Shown here: piece by piece, positions 29,604-39,276 of the stretch
Numbering within the stretch: position 1 is the first letter of the stretch
How the letters are laid out: every line of letters starts with the position of its first letter
Virus record (IMG/VR): IMGVR_UViG_3300045988_112808
From: a virus
Direction: 5' to 3' (one strand)
DNA: 64,000 nucleotides
The notes under the pieces: model-generated
Database searches by the model: none
Seen by the model: only the letters and a program-made list of their open reading frames with translations
What the model was told of the DNA's origin: nothing
Made by a program: the position numbers and the translations under genes

Positions 29604-30623
29604 TCATCGTTTTATCTTTTTAGACGGATCCCAATCTGAAGAGAAAGGGCATTCGTTTTTGTTATGTAATCCAAAGTCACAATAATAACACAGCGCCGAC
29701 GGGCAGGGTAGCTTGTTTTGCGAAACAGGCTGGCTTAGGGTGGCGCGCCGCTTGCTATACCTGGCTTCTTCTGCTCCCTGGATGTACGCTTGAAATGCTT
29801 TTACACTATTATCTTCAAAATCATACATTTTAGACAAAGTGTCATTTAGCATCTCTATAGATTTTGTTTTACGTTCCTCATCTACCTTAACCTTTTGGTA
29901 CTGTCTGGTCCTGGTAAAGAAATAGATGTTCATATCTGGCATAACTCCGCCATATCTTCTATAGATGTAAAATGAATATATAGGATGCTGTAAATTTGTT
30001 TCCAACTTCTTAGAGTCAAAAACCTTATTACCGGATTTCCAATCTATGACATAATGGTGAACTACGTTCTTGCTTTTTATAGCCAGATGAAGATCCACCG
30101 ATCCTACTATGTACACATGAGTATGAACGTCACCATTTATATCAACAGGCTTAGGAAGACGGTACGGCAGCACAAAATCTTCTTCGACTCCAACTATAGC
30201 GCCGTGTCTAATAAGTTTCTCACAGGGATTAAGATCACTATCAGCTATCATAAACCTATTCCCGTCTTTTTTAAATAGATCTACAATCCAAGCAAGAAGC
30301 TCTCCAGATTGCTTCATGGCTATCATCATATTTTCCGGTGATTGCCAAGGTATGTCTTCCTGGTAAGCATAGTAACTTATTGCTTCTCCAAGGTCTTTAC
30401 CAGAAGGCTGTCTTCCGTTCTTAAAAAAGTATTCCAGTGTCTTATGGATAACCGTACCATAAGACGTAGCTTCTTGTTTTTCCGTAGACCTTTTGCCCTC
30501 TACGTAAGTCTTATACCATTTCATTGGACAGGTAAGAAACGTATCTATCTGGGAATAAGATATGGCAAGACGTTTTACACCATTAAACTCCTTATATAGC
30601 AAATGCGTTTCCGGGACCATCAT
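29604..30623 (-). CDS. Cas4-like/RecB-family PD-(D/E)xK exonuclease with C-terminal Fe-S cysteine cluster
   Basis: SYSQIDTFLTCPMKWY, VIDWKSGN (DxK), QHPIYSFY (QxxxY), C-terminal CPSALCYYC...C. Confidence 0.65.
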   Translation of the reverse strand: MMVPETHLLYKEFNGVKRLAISYSQIDTFLTCPMKWYKTYVEGKRSTEKQEATSYGTVIHKTLEYFFKNGRQPSGKDLGEAISYYAYQEDIPWQSPENMMIAMKQSGELLAWIVDLFKKDGNRFMIADSDLNPCEKLIRHGAIVGVEEDFVLPYRLPKPVDINGDVHTHVYIVGSVDLHLAIKSKNVVHHYVIDWKSGNKVFDSKKLETNLQHPIYSFYIYRRYGGVMPDMNIYFFTRTRQYQKVKVDEERKTKSIEMLNDTLSKMYDFEDNSVKAFQAYIQGAEEARYSKRRATLSQPVSQNKLPCPSALCYYCDFGLHNKNECPFSSDWDPSKKIKR

Positions 30624-30979
30624 AAGTCATTGTCTTTAAATCCTTCCGGGTAATATACGACATACTTCTTACCGTCTTCTGGTGTCATGGCAAACTGCAT
30701 GTAGTTATTACGATTACGATGCTTGCCATCTAATCCTCGCTTCCAATACAGAATCCCATCTATATCCACATAAGACCGTCCGCGTTCGGCTCTAACTACG
30801 TCCGTGTGTAGCAGATACCCGTCGGAAGACACGATCCACACTTTATCCCCTTTGTTTAAATAAGATATTCTTTTTCTTACAACAACCTTTTTCTTATTAT
30901 CTAATGCAAATTCCTCATCGGTCATACTCTTCATCCTCCTCTTCTTCTGTTTCAAAATCAATTCCATAACACTGATCAT
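30620..30979 (-). CDS. hypothetical protein (119 aa; real start may be internal MTDEEF)
   Basis: ORF. Confidence 0.4.
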   Translation of the reverse strand: MISVMELILKQKKRRMKSMTDEEFALDNKKKVVVRKRISYLNKGDKVWIVSSDGYLLHTDVVRAERGRSYVDIDGILYWKRGLDGKHRNRNNYMQFAMTPEDGKKYVVYYPEGFKDNDL

Positions 30980-31142
30980 AATGCTTGGTCAGTTCTTCTG
31001 GTTCTAAATCTTGTCCAAAATCCATGTTAAAAATATCGTAATTAGTAAAGCACTTAAAATCACTGTTCCCGCAGGCAGGAAATCTATGAATGCTGCTTTT
31101 ATTTCTTCAATTAGGCCCAAGTGTAACCTTGGGCCATTGTAT

Positions 31143-32843
31143 TTATTTTTTGTCATCTCCTTTTAATTTCTTTAAAGTATCTGCAATCGGAAGCTGATCA
31201 ATGACTCCCAATGCCGGAGCGACGGTCTTGACAACATTGTTAAGGAAATTACCGGTACTGTTCTGACCGCCGTCAAATACCGTGATATTTCCGAGATTAA
31301 TGTGCTCAAATGCTTTAACCTGTTCTCCAGCAATTTCTTTCCACTGATTAACCATCTTGTACTGGATGGCGATCTGAGGATTGGATTCTGCTGCTTCCAC
31401 CATAGCCTTAAATCCGTCGGCTTCTGCCATTAACGACTTTTTCTTACCTTCGGCTTCTGCCTCCAGCTTCATCTGAATAGCTTTTGCCTCTGCCTCAGCT
31501 TTTGCCAAATGTGCTGATGCCTCAGCCTCAGCCCGGCGTTTGATCTTCTCGGCCTCGGCATCAGCTTGCAAGATAGCCTCTTCCTTCTGGGTTTCAGCCG
31601 GCACAATCTTTTCAGCCTTAAGCGCAGCCTGAACTTTCTTAGCCTTAGCTTCTTCCACTTCTTTGTCTGCAAGCTCTTTTGCTGTTTTTACGGCCGCTTC
31701 CGATTTAACTTTTTCTTCTCCGGCCTTCTTTTCTGATTGAGCTTTGATAATCTGCAATTCTGATACTGACACAGCAACCTCCTTCTGGGCATTGTTGTAT
31801 CCTATAGACGCATTTTTCTCAGCCTCAGCCTTCTTAATCTGAGCTTCAGAGTTTTGTATTGCTATAGCTGCTTCCTTGTCAGCTTCAGCCTTGTTCTTTC
31901 CGACTTCTTCCATCCTTTCAGCCTCGGCTTTATTTACTTCAAGTTCTGCCTTAGATCTTACGATCGCCGATTCCTTGTCGGTTAAAGTTTTTGCGATAAC
32001 CGCAGCCCTATCTCTATCTGCTTGAGCTACACCAATCTGTTTTTCTTTATCGGTTAAAGCCAAAGCTATTTCTTTTTCTTTCTTCGTTTCAGCTACTATT
32101 GTTTCCTTTTCTTTTTCAGTACAAGCAATTTGAATCTCTTGTTCTTTTTTGGTATTAGCCACAGCCGTTTCTTTCTCCTTCTGCTGTACAGCAATCTTAA
32201 TAGCCCCCAGCTTCTCCTGTTCTTCGATATTAGCCTGTGCTTCGTTCAGAGCCCTACTTTCAGCCTCCTTACCAAGGTTCATAATATAACCGGCTTCGTC
32301 TCTAATGTCACTGATGTTGATGTTCAGGAGGTAAAGACCTAACTTGTTAAGCTCGTTATCAATGTTCTTTCTTGCCTTATCCAAAAACTCATCCCTGTCA
32401 GAATTAAGTTTTTCGATTGTCATTTCAGCAATAATCAAACGCATCTGACCGTAAACGATGTCCGTAATAAGATTTTCAGTAGATTCGGTATCCATTCCCA
32501 AAAGTCTTTCTGCCGCATTTTGCATGATCTCTGGATTTGTACTGATAGCTACTGTAATAGTCGTAGGAACATCTACTCTAATATTCTGAGATGACAAAGC
32601 ACCGGTAAGCTTGCAATCTATTTGCATAGGCTCCATTGACAAAACATCATAGCTTTGAATAATAGGCAAGACAAATGCCGCTCCACCATGATATAATTTC
32701 GCCGATTTCTTTTCCCCACCTGTCTTACCATAAACGACCAAGACCTGATTAGGCTTACATCTACGATACCTTGATAAGACTCCGATGATTGTCAAAATAA
32801 TCACTACAGCTAAGATAGCTGACACGTACATGATTGTTGTCAT
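31143..32843 (-). CDS. flotillin-like SPFH/band-7 domain membrane protein (YqiK/FloT-like)
   Basis: N-terminal TM helix, VVYGKTGGEKKSAKLYHGGAAFVLPIIQSYDVLSMEP SPFH core, long EA-rich coiled coil, C-terminal flotillin-like tail. Confidence 0.75.
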   Translation of the reverse strand: MTTIMYVSAILAVVIILTIIGVLSRYRRCKPNQVLVVYGKTGGEKKSAKLYHGGAAFVLPIIQSYDVLSMEPMQIDCKLTGALSSQNIRVDVPTTITVAISTNPEIMQNAAERLLGMDTESTENLITDIVYGQMRLIIAEMTIEKLNSDRDEFLDKARKNIDNELNKLGLYLLNINISDIRDEAGYIMNLGKEAESRALNEAQANIEEQEKLGAIKIAVQQKEKETAVANTKKEQEIQIACTEKEKETIVAETKKEKEIALALTDKEKQIGVAQADRDRAAVIAKTLTDKESAIVRSKAELEVNKAEAERMEEVGKNKAEADKEAAIAIQNSEAQIKKAEAEKNASIGYNNAQKEVAVSVSELQIIKAQSEKKAGEEKVKSEAAVKTAKELADKEVEEAKAKKVQAALKAEKIVPAETQKEEAILQADAEAEKIKRRAEAEASAHLAKAEAEAKAIQMKLEAEAEGKKKSLMAEADGFKAMVEAAESNPQIAIQYKMVNQWKEIAGEQVKAFEHINLGNITVFDGGQNSTGNFLNNVVKTVAPALGVIDQLPIADTLKKLKGDDKK

Positions 32844-32875
32844 AACTTTTAAAATTTAATTGTTGATAAAAAAAA

Positions 32876-33364
32876 TTAGATACTTAGTTCTCCTTCTTCG
32901 TATTTTATATTCACCTTGTCACCGTTTTTGTAAGTTTTTCCAGACAAGCATCTTACTCTCATTTGCTCCTGTCTTCCATTTTTCGAAATATTTACCATAT
33001 AATGATTCTTCCCTGATCTAAATACTATCTCCACCTCTCTGCCATTTAAATCTTCCGGACATTCGTACACCATTTCTTGCTTTAACTTAAGAAGTAACTT
33101 ATATACGTAAAACAAAACGATAAAGAAAAACGACCCTATCACAACCCCTACTAAATGAGAACCCGAAAAGTAGGTAGTCCAGCTATATCCAAGAATAAAA
33201 TGTGTTATACCCTTAAATGATATGATGTCTGATAAAGACATGCTTAAATCAGAAGCATTGTCAATATCCGTATCCAGATCAGATCCTAATATCGACAACA
33301 AAAACTGTATAACAAAAGCAAATGATGCTATTAAAGCCATGCATAAAATTATATCACTTCCCAT
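32876..33364 (-). CDS. NfeD/YqiJ-like membrane protein (TM helices + C-terminal OB-fold)
   Basis: Two hydrophobic helices then beta-rich C-terminus (EVEIVFRSGKNHYMVNISKNG...GDKVNIKYEEGELSI); immediately upstream of flotillin gene as in yqiJ-yqiK. Confidence 0.55.
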   Translation of the reverse strand: MGSDIILCMALIASFAFVIQFLLSILGSDLDTDIDNASDLSMSLSDIISFKGITHFILGYSWTTYFSGSHLVGVVIGSFFFIVLFYVYKLLLKLKQEMVYECPEDLNGREVEIVFRSGKNHYMVNISKNGRQEQMRVRCLSGKTYKNGDKVNIKYEEGELSI

Positions 33365-33605
33365 ACCCTTCTGTTATTATTTTGTAAACAAGATCAGTCA
33401 TATCTTTGATGGTCTCCATATCATAATCAATAATAACAATATTGAATTTTTGTTCCACCATCACTTCCAGTTCAATTTGATCAACAGAATCTAATCCAAG
33501 TTCTTTAAACGTCACATCTTCTTCATGAACTATATCTATTTCCGAATTAAGAAACTGAGTAATAATTATATCCTCTATTATCTTTCTGATTCTTACTTTT
33601 TCCAT
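33354..33605 (-). CDS. acyl carrier protein-like
   Basis: FKELGLDSVDQIELEVMVEQKFNI matches ACP LGxDSLDxVELVMxxEEEF phosphopantetheine-attachment motif; 83 aa acidic. Confidence 0.55.
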   Translation of the reverse strand: MEKVRIRKIIEDIIITQFLNSEIDIVHEEDVTFKELGLDSVDQIELEVMVEQKFNIVIIDYDMETIKDMTDLVYKIITEGYGK

Positions 33606-34306
33606 TGCTTTCTAATTTTGTTAAATAAATACGTTTTTATGTTTTTCAATCGCTCTTTGTCTGTTTCAGAACTTCCGGTAAACAAATAATCCGGATTGCC
33701 TTTAGCTGGCGGCGTAGGCAATTTAGATACGGCAAACAACCAATCCATTTCCTTATTCTTCTTAGACTCCAAATAAGGCTCGGTAGCGATCTTAAATTTT
33801 TCAGCTATTAAGTCAAAGAGCTTTGAATTTTTAAGGTTCATATGAACTGAAAAAGCCTGAGAAGGCGGTTTCCATATGAAGTTGCATAAGCTCATTGTAT
33901 AATCTCCTGACTCTGCTATATAAGATTCCGTTACCTGAAGTATGACCTCTTTCTTGAATGAGGTGTTACCCATAAACCAACACAATCTGGATTCCGCTTC
34001 TTTTCTGCTGACACCTATGTCTTTTGAATATGATTCGTACATTCCTATCATAATCTTCAACGTTTCCAGAACCTCGTCTGTCATCTCCGGTGTCTCTATA
34101 TAATTCACAAAAGACGTTCCTTTGTTGGTCAATCTCATCACGCCTGATTTTAATTTCTCAACCAGGCCAAGCTCTATATACCTCCCAGCATCTTCTTCCG
34201 GCATGGCTTCGATCATAACCGAATCCTTCTGTCTTATGGCAAGAAGATTAGCAAGATCATTAGGAGTCATGTCTGATGCTGCAAGTTGTCTGAAATTGAT
34301 GTACAT
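33593..34306 (-). CDS. hypothetical protein (237 aa)
   Basis: ORF. Confidence 0.5.
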   Translation of the reverse strand: MYINFRQLAASDMTPNDLANLLAIRQKDSVMIEAMPEEDAGRYIELGLVEKLKSGVMRLTNKGTSFVNYIETPEMTDEVLETLKIMIGMYESYSKDIGVSRKEAESRLCWFMGNTSFKKEVILQVTESYIAESGDYTMSLCNFIWKPPSQAFSVHMNLKNSKLFDLIAEKFKIATEPYLESKKNKEMDWLFAVSKLPTPPAKGNPDYLFTGSSETDKERLKNIKTYLFNKIRKQWKK

Positions 34307-34308
34307 TC

Positions 34309-34506
34309 TTAATCAGCTTTAATGAAAATAACATCCTTGTTATCTTGTCTATCAATATGTTCACATGGACCAATAATCATGTCTGTACATGAACAATAAT
34401 TGTATTTTTCAAATATACACCTATCGCATGTATCACCTTCCACACATTTTAATCTTACAAGTCCGGCAGTAAACACTTCTCCTACTTTAAATTCCTTCTT
34501 TTCCAT
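34309..34506 (-). CDS. small Cys-rich protein (65 aa)
   Basis: CxxC...C.C..C pattern. Confidence 0.4.
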   Translation of the reverse strand: MEKKEFKVGEVFTAGLVRLKCVEGDTCDRCIFEKYNYCSCTDMIIGPCEHIDRQDNKDVIFIKAD

Positions 34507-34521
34507 ATTCCCTCCTTGTTT

Positions 34522-35124
34522 TTAACTGTTGTACCCTTCTTTAATAATCGAATTTCTACCGGTAGATACCGACTGTCGAAGATCGTCATGTACAGAATCT
34601 ACCGTAGAATACTTGTTTCTGGTTGTAAAAATCACTTCCAGCATCTCCTTGTAATCACCTAAAGCTACTTCGTATCTCGGATCTACTTTGGCTTTTCTTT
34701 CAGCCTCGGCATTACTTTTAGCCAGTTCTCGATCAAGAAGATCTTCTTTGATTCGGTCAGCAATCATATCAAGTTCTTTTTTAATAACTTCTCCTGCTGC
34801 CCGAAGTTGACCTTCTACGTCACCAAGCTGGTCTTGGACGGTTCCTATTTCTTTCTTTAGACGATCGTATTCGTTAATCATACCCATATCACCAGCATAG
34901 CCAGAAAAGTCCTTGATTATTCTGGTTCCTTCTTTAAGGAGCTCAATAACTCGTCTTTTACGTTCTCTGCTTATTAAAGACGGAAGACGATAATTCATAT
35001 CCGCCACCGCCTTATCATGTATGGAGTTGATTAAAAACATCTCTCTTTCATCCCCTGCAAACTCAGTAAGAACCAAAAGGAACTTACTTATCAGGTATTC
35101 GTTTTCTTCTACTGTTAGTCTCAT
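34522..35124 (-). CDS. hypothetical coiled-coil protein (200 aa)
   Basis: ORF. Confidence 0.5.
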   Translation of the reverse strand: MRLTVEENEYLISKFLLVLTEFAGDEREMFLINSIHDKAVADMNYRLPSLISRERKRRVIELLKEGTRIIKDFSGYAGDMGMINEYDRLKKEIGTVQDQLGDVEGQLRAAGEVIKKELDMIADRIKEDLLDRELAKSNAEAERKAKVDPRYEVALGDYKEMLEVIFTTRNKYSTVDSVHDDLRQSVSTGRNSIIKEGYNS

Positions 35125-35139
35125 GGTTCTTATTTTTTT

Positions 35140-36267
35140 TTAATACAATGACTGTTCTTCTTTTGTCTCTTGTTCCTGATTGTCCGTAACGTCTTCCACA
35201 GTATAGAGCTTAGGCGGCGTCGGCGGCTGGTTGGGGTTCACGAACTTCGTCCCGCCCTCCCCGTACATCCATCCATGTCCCGGCAGTATCTCTGGGTGGA
35301 TTGTATTAGTAAGCTCTTCCATACTAACTTGCCTTACCTTCAGTATATGATGAAACACAAGTCCGGCTGTCCTGAATGATGTTTTGTTTTCAGTTTTAAA
35401 CCTATCAAGAGTCTGATACCAATCTTTCCCAAATATCATATACTTATCCAGCCCGTACCTACGAGGATTGTGCAAACCTATCATTAACGTACATAACTGA
35501 CCCAGCGTATCAGATTGGTAAAAATCAGAAAGACGCGGAGGTTGCTCTTGTGGGCTTTTTATCCTTCCTTCTATCTCTCTGTTGAATTGGGATATGATGA
35601 GGAAAAATATGTTTTTATATACTAATTTAGCTTCGTTCATAACCGCCACCAAATCATCTATAGCCGACTTAGGATCTAATCCCATTCTTTTTATCAAAGC
35701 AATATGATCGACTTTAAATATTATAAGACGTTTGTCTTTGTGTTTGGTAGCTATATGATACACAGCCGCCTCAAACTCTTTTACCGTACACGGAGCATCG
35801 ATGTATATTATATTATTCCTGATTTCACCTTGAAGGATTTCAAACATCCTCATCTCTTCTACTGTATTAGAATCTTGCCTTCTTAATATTTCAGGAGCTC
35901 GCTTTTTCATATCTTGGCTCATTCTACGAAGAAGAAGATCTTGAGGATTCATTTCGAACTCGCAATTAACAAGAAAATAATCTTCTGCTTGCGGGTTGAT
36001 CATCGGATTCATCACATTTTCCAATATCTTTTGGGCCACATACGATTTACCTACAGATGGCCGGGCTCCTATGGCAATAGCGTGCTGAGGAAAAATACCT
36101 CCAAGCAAAGCCTCATCAATATAATCGTATCCGGTTTTAGCGGGGATAGGCTCTCCCCGCCTGTATTTCAAGATATTCTCATACGCCTCTTCCATAACCT
36201 GTTTAGAGGTTTTGAATATCCTTCTTATATCTATTTTATTTTTCAGATCCTCTTGCATTTTTGTCAC
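35140..36267 (-). CDS. DnaB-like replicative helicase (RecA-like C-terminal domain)
   Basis: Walker A AIGARPSVGKSYVAQ, Walker B-like IIFKVDHIALI. Confidence 0.55.
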   Translation of the reverse strand: MTKMQEDLKNKIDIRRIFKTSKQVMEEAYENILKYRRGEPIPAKTGYDYIDEALLGGIFPQHAIAIGARPSVGKSYVAQKILENVMNPMINPQAEDYFLVNCEFEMNPQDLLLRRMSQDMKKRAPEILRRQDSNTVEEMRMFEILQGEIRNNIIYIDAPCTVKEFEAAVYHIATKHKDKRLIIFKVDHIALIKRMGLDPKSAIDDLVAVMNEAKLVYKNIFFLIISQFNREIEGRIKSPQEQPPRLSDFYQSDTLGQLCTLMIGLHNPRRYGLDKYMIFGKDWYQTLDRFKTENKTSFRTAGLVFHHILKVRQVSMEELTNTIHPEILPGHGWMYGEGGTKFVNPNQPPTPPKLYTVEDVTDNQEQETKEEQSLY

Positions 36268-36514
36268 CTTTCGTATCCGATTTGGATCCCCTATTAGCTT
36301 TTACTGATTTATACCTAAGACCGTTCTTGGTATGAGAACAATCCTTTCCTTTTCTCCAGCCCTTACCCTTCTTCTTGTCCGTTTCGTAGTTTTTACGACC
36401 AAGCTCTCGGCGTTTGGCTTTCTGTTCCGGTCTGGCATTTATCTCCTTGTCCTTTTTAGCCTTTTTCTTCCTGGCTTCGGGATGAGTCCTGTAGTACTCT
36501 GTCGATCTACCCAT
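36236..36514 (-). CDS. highly basic small protein (92 aa)
   Basis: Lys/Arg ~40%; overlaps upstream gene end. Confidence 0.35.
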   Translation of the reverse strand: MGRSTEYYRTHPEARKKKAKKDKEINARPEQKAKRRELGRKNYETDKKKGKGWRKGKDCSHTKNGLRYKSVKANRGSKSDTKGDKNARGSEK

Positions 36515-36566
36515 GTGCTTATATTTTTTTTGATTAATAATAGCACAAAGATAGGCAATTCACGCC

Positions 36567-37133
36567 CTATTTCAACCTGCCGTAGCTCATATCAGGATCA
36601 CACCAGACATACCCGTCTTTCTCATCATGAAGATACTCAGGACATCCTCTACATGCGCTACTGCCTGACACTATTTGATTGTTTTTATTAGGGCACTTAT
36701 CTCCAGGTTTATGCCATTCTATTCTCGAACCTGATCGTTCTTTGTTTACATGACAGAACTGAAAGACTTTTCCCATCGTCTTCTCGCCAAACATACCTAT
36801 ATGTGTGTACTCTTCCGGTATAAAGAGAAATTCAGATAAATCTTTATACATCCTTTTCCGTTCCTCCGGCGTAGACCATAGTCTATCAAGTTCGGCATGG
36901 ACTCTTATCTTAAGAGACCTCAGTGATGGCCCCGCAAGCCGGCCTTTAGCTTTTCCCTTATTCGGCCCTGATTCATGAACACCGACATAAGCATTGCATG
37001 GTTTACACATCATAACCATCCCTAAGCCTTTTCTGCTATATATTTTATCGGCATTAACCAGCTCAGTTTCTCTTCCGCAATAAGGGCAAATTTCGCCTCT
37101 TAAAACCCGTTGTTGCCGCTCATTAAGTTCCAT
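36567..37133 (-). CDS. zinc-ribbon protein (188 aa)
   Basis: CPYCG...CKPC and C-terminal CRGCP...C. Confidence 0.5.
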   Translation of the reverse strand: MELNERQQRVLRGEICPYCGRETELVNADKIYSRKGLGMVMMCKPCNAYVGVHESGPNKGKAKGRLAGPSLRSLKIRVHAELDRLWSTPEERKRMYKDLSEFLFIPEEYTHIGMFGEKTMGKVFQFCHVNKERSGSRIEWHKPGDKCPNKNNQIVSGSSACRGCPEYLHDEKDGYVWCDPDMSYGRLK

Positions 37134-37375
37134 ACCCTATTCTTTTGTTTTTCTTTAAACTTTTCATACAAACTGCTTTCAGTTTCCATTTCTGAGATCT
37201 CTACCTCTACGTCCTCTCTTTTGAAAATTACTTTCTTGACTGTCGGATACGCGCATTTAGAGATACGAATAGCATTACGAATAGCGTAAACAAAATACGT
37301 TTCTGGTGACGATTCGATCACCACTACCTCGTTTAAAGTGTTTTTGTAATTTTCCATATTATCTACTTGCTTCAA
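37100..37375 (-). CDS. hypothetical protein (91 aa)
   Basis: ORF. Confidence 0.4.
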   Translation of the reverse strand: MKQVDNMENYKNTLNEVVVIESSPETYFVYAIRNAIRISKCAYPTVKKVIFKREDVEVEISEMETESSLYEKFKEKQKNRVWNLMSGNNGF

Positions 37376-37712
37376 TTATATAACCCGGATGATCTTCACA
37401 CGCCTCTTTGTATTTGATAAGAAACTTAAGAAATGAATCATAAGACCCCCATCCGTTTTCCGGCTCGTATCTCAAAAGACTTTTTCTCTTAGAGATCATA
37501 ATACATATACCTTTTGTAAGTACATTCTTCATCTCATTGGTATATATTTCTTTATACAATTCTTCTGGTCTCCAAACATAATCGTACAGCGTTTCTTTAT
37601 TTTCCGATACGAATATTCTTTGTGCCATCTTGTTCATGTTGTGGGTGATGTTTGCAACCCATTCACGATCCTCTTCTTTCTTCTTGTTCTTAATATAAAC
37701 ATCCAGGCTCAT
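37359..37712 (-). CDS. hypothetical protein (117 aa)
   Basis: ORF. Confidence 0.45.
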   Translation of the reverse strand: MSLDVYIKNKKKEEDREWVANITHNMNKMAQRIFVSENKETLYDYVWRPEELYKEIYTNEMKNVLTKGICIMISKRKSLLRYEPENGWGSYDSFLKFLIKYKEACEDHPGYIIEASR

Positions 37713-38703
37713 GATATTTTTCTTTTATCTTGTTACTAATTATCAAATCTGCCACATCATCTCCGTCTCCTACATTTTCAACATTTTGAAGATAGTCCGA
37801 TACTTTTATCCTTGACTTCATCATCATCTCATCTATCTTTTTACTCCATGTCTCAAATGCTCGTCCTTTGTCCGGAAAAGCTACAGTCTTTCTATCTTTT
37901 AAAACATCTATCACTTCCGGCCTTAGATTCTGCAACCCTCCGGTGGCCACAAATAATTCATCTGGTTTATTCACAGCGCATATAATAGCCGTCTTTTCTG
38001 ATTCCACCAGATTAACCACCTTATCCGGATACTGGCTTAGAAGATGCTCCCCGAACAGGCATTGTCTAAACAAGAAGTCCCTTGCATGCAACGAGTGATA
38101 AAACATAACATGAGGCCGCTCATTGTCACCGTCTTTTTCTTTCACTCTTTTTACATCAATCTCATTCCCCTGGCTGTCGGTCTTTATACAAAAGTCCATG
38201 ATCTTGCCGGTTCTGCATACAAAATCTTTGTCTATCTGCCAGAATATACAACACCCTTTCCATCCCCATAAGTCCATTGTTCCGACATGATACCTTCTGA
38301 ACACATCAGATACCCTTTCTTTTCCCCATAGAGACGATAAAAATCTAAATACGGTGTTTCTATCGTCTGGAACCACAGTCCTCTCAAACTCGCTAAAAGG
38401 TATGTAATTTACAACGTCAGGATTTACAGGAGGACGATAAGCTCTTATACACTTGTTTCCCGAAATCCAAAGATCTTTGTCACCTACATCCTTGCCGGTA
38501 GGTCGTTTATCGTAACCGCAAGTCCGTTCATGATCGCATCTTCCGAACTCGTTTCCAACAACCTGACCTGTTGCCACATCAATATAAGGGGTGAGGCACC
38601 GGCTTTTCCCGCAGGCCGGGCAGGTTAGCTTCAGCCGGCTCCTGCCGGGTCTGCGGTCAAGTTGAAACCGGGGTACGTTTTCGTATTTTCTAAAATCAAG
38701 CAT
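37690..38703 (-). CDS. putative DNA primase (T7 gp4-like zinc ribbon, degenerate TOPRIM)
   Basis: CPACGKSRCLTPYIDVATGQVVGNEFGRCDHERTCGY zinc ribbon; LVESEKTAI and FPDKG as weak TOPRIM-like motifs. Confidence 0.45.
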   Translation of the reverse strand: MLDFRKYENVPRFQLDRRPGRSRLKLTCPACGKSRCLTPYIDVATGQVVGNEFGRCDHERTCGYDKRPTGKDVGDKDLWISGNKCIRAYRPPVNPDVVNYIPFSEFERTVVPDDRNTVFRFLSSLWGKERVSDVFRRYHVGTMDLWGWKGCCIFWQIDKDFVCRTGKIMDFCIKTDSQGNEIDVKRVKEKDGDNERPHVMFYHSLHARDFLFRQCLFGEHLLSQYPDKVVNLVESEKTAIICAVNKPDELFVATGGLQNLRPEVIDVLKDRKTVAFPDKGRAFETWSKKIDEMMMKSRIKVSDYLQNVENVGDGDDVADLIISNKIKEKYHEPGCLY

Positions 38704-39046
38704 TTTTAACTCCTCTCATTGCCTCTATGACTCTATCTGCTATAGTTATAGACCATGACACCACATCTGGTACATATACTCCGCAATCTATTTCACCTTT
38801 TCTATTTTGTGCTTTAACAAACTCAATAGAATAAGCCTTAATAAGATCGAATCTACGTTGCTCCCAGTCTACATCTTTGTTTTCGTCATTTACAGGAAGG
38901 GTATCGAGATAAAAATTTAAACTCTCACTTATCACATTCCCATTATCACCATAGAACTGTATTCTGTCATGGTCGCTTCTTGTAGTTGAGCTACTGAAAG
39001 TGATTACGTCTATTATCTCTCCTGTTCTTCTAATTTTTCTTTTCAT
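38696..39046 (-). CDS. hypothetical protein (116 aa)
   Basis: ORF. Confidence 0.45.
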   Translation of the reverse strand: MKRKIRRTGEIIDVITFSSSTTRSDHDRIQFYGDNGNVISESLNFYLDTLPVNDENKDVDWEQRRFDLIKAYSIEFVKAQNRKGEIDCGVYVPDVVSWSITIADRVIEAMRGVKNA

Positions 39047-39276
39047 ACTCTTCTTGTATTTCTGACCAATATAGGCATTATTATTTCGATGGTCTTGCCA
39101 TATTTCTTATGAGATGCAAGTACACATATTGCATATTTATCTCCTATTTTCAAATCTTTCGATAATCTTAATCTCGAACCCCTTTTGATGTTAATAAAAT
39201 AATAACCAAAAGGATTGATGCATATCGGTTTTACGATTTCTATATAATCTCCTTCAGGAATAACAATATCGTTCAT
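39043..39276 (-). CDS. hypothetical protein (77 aa)
   Basis: ORF. Confidence 0.4.
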   Translation of the reverse strand: MNDIVIPEGDYIEIVKPICINPFGYYFINIKRGSRLRLSKDLKIGDKYAICVLASHKKYGKTIEIIMPILVRNTRRV

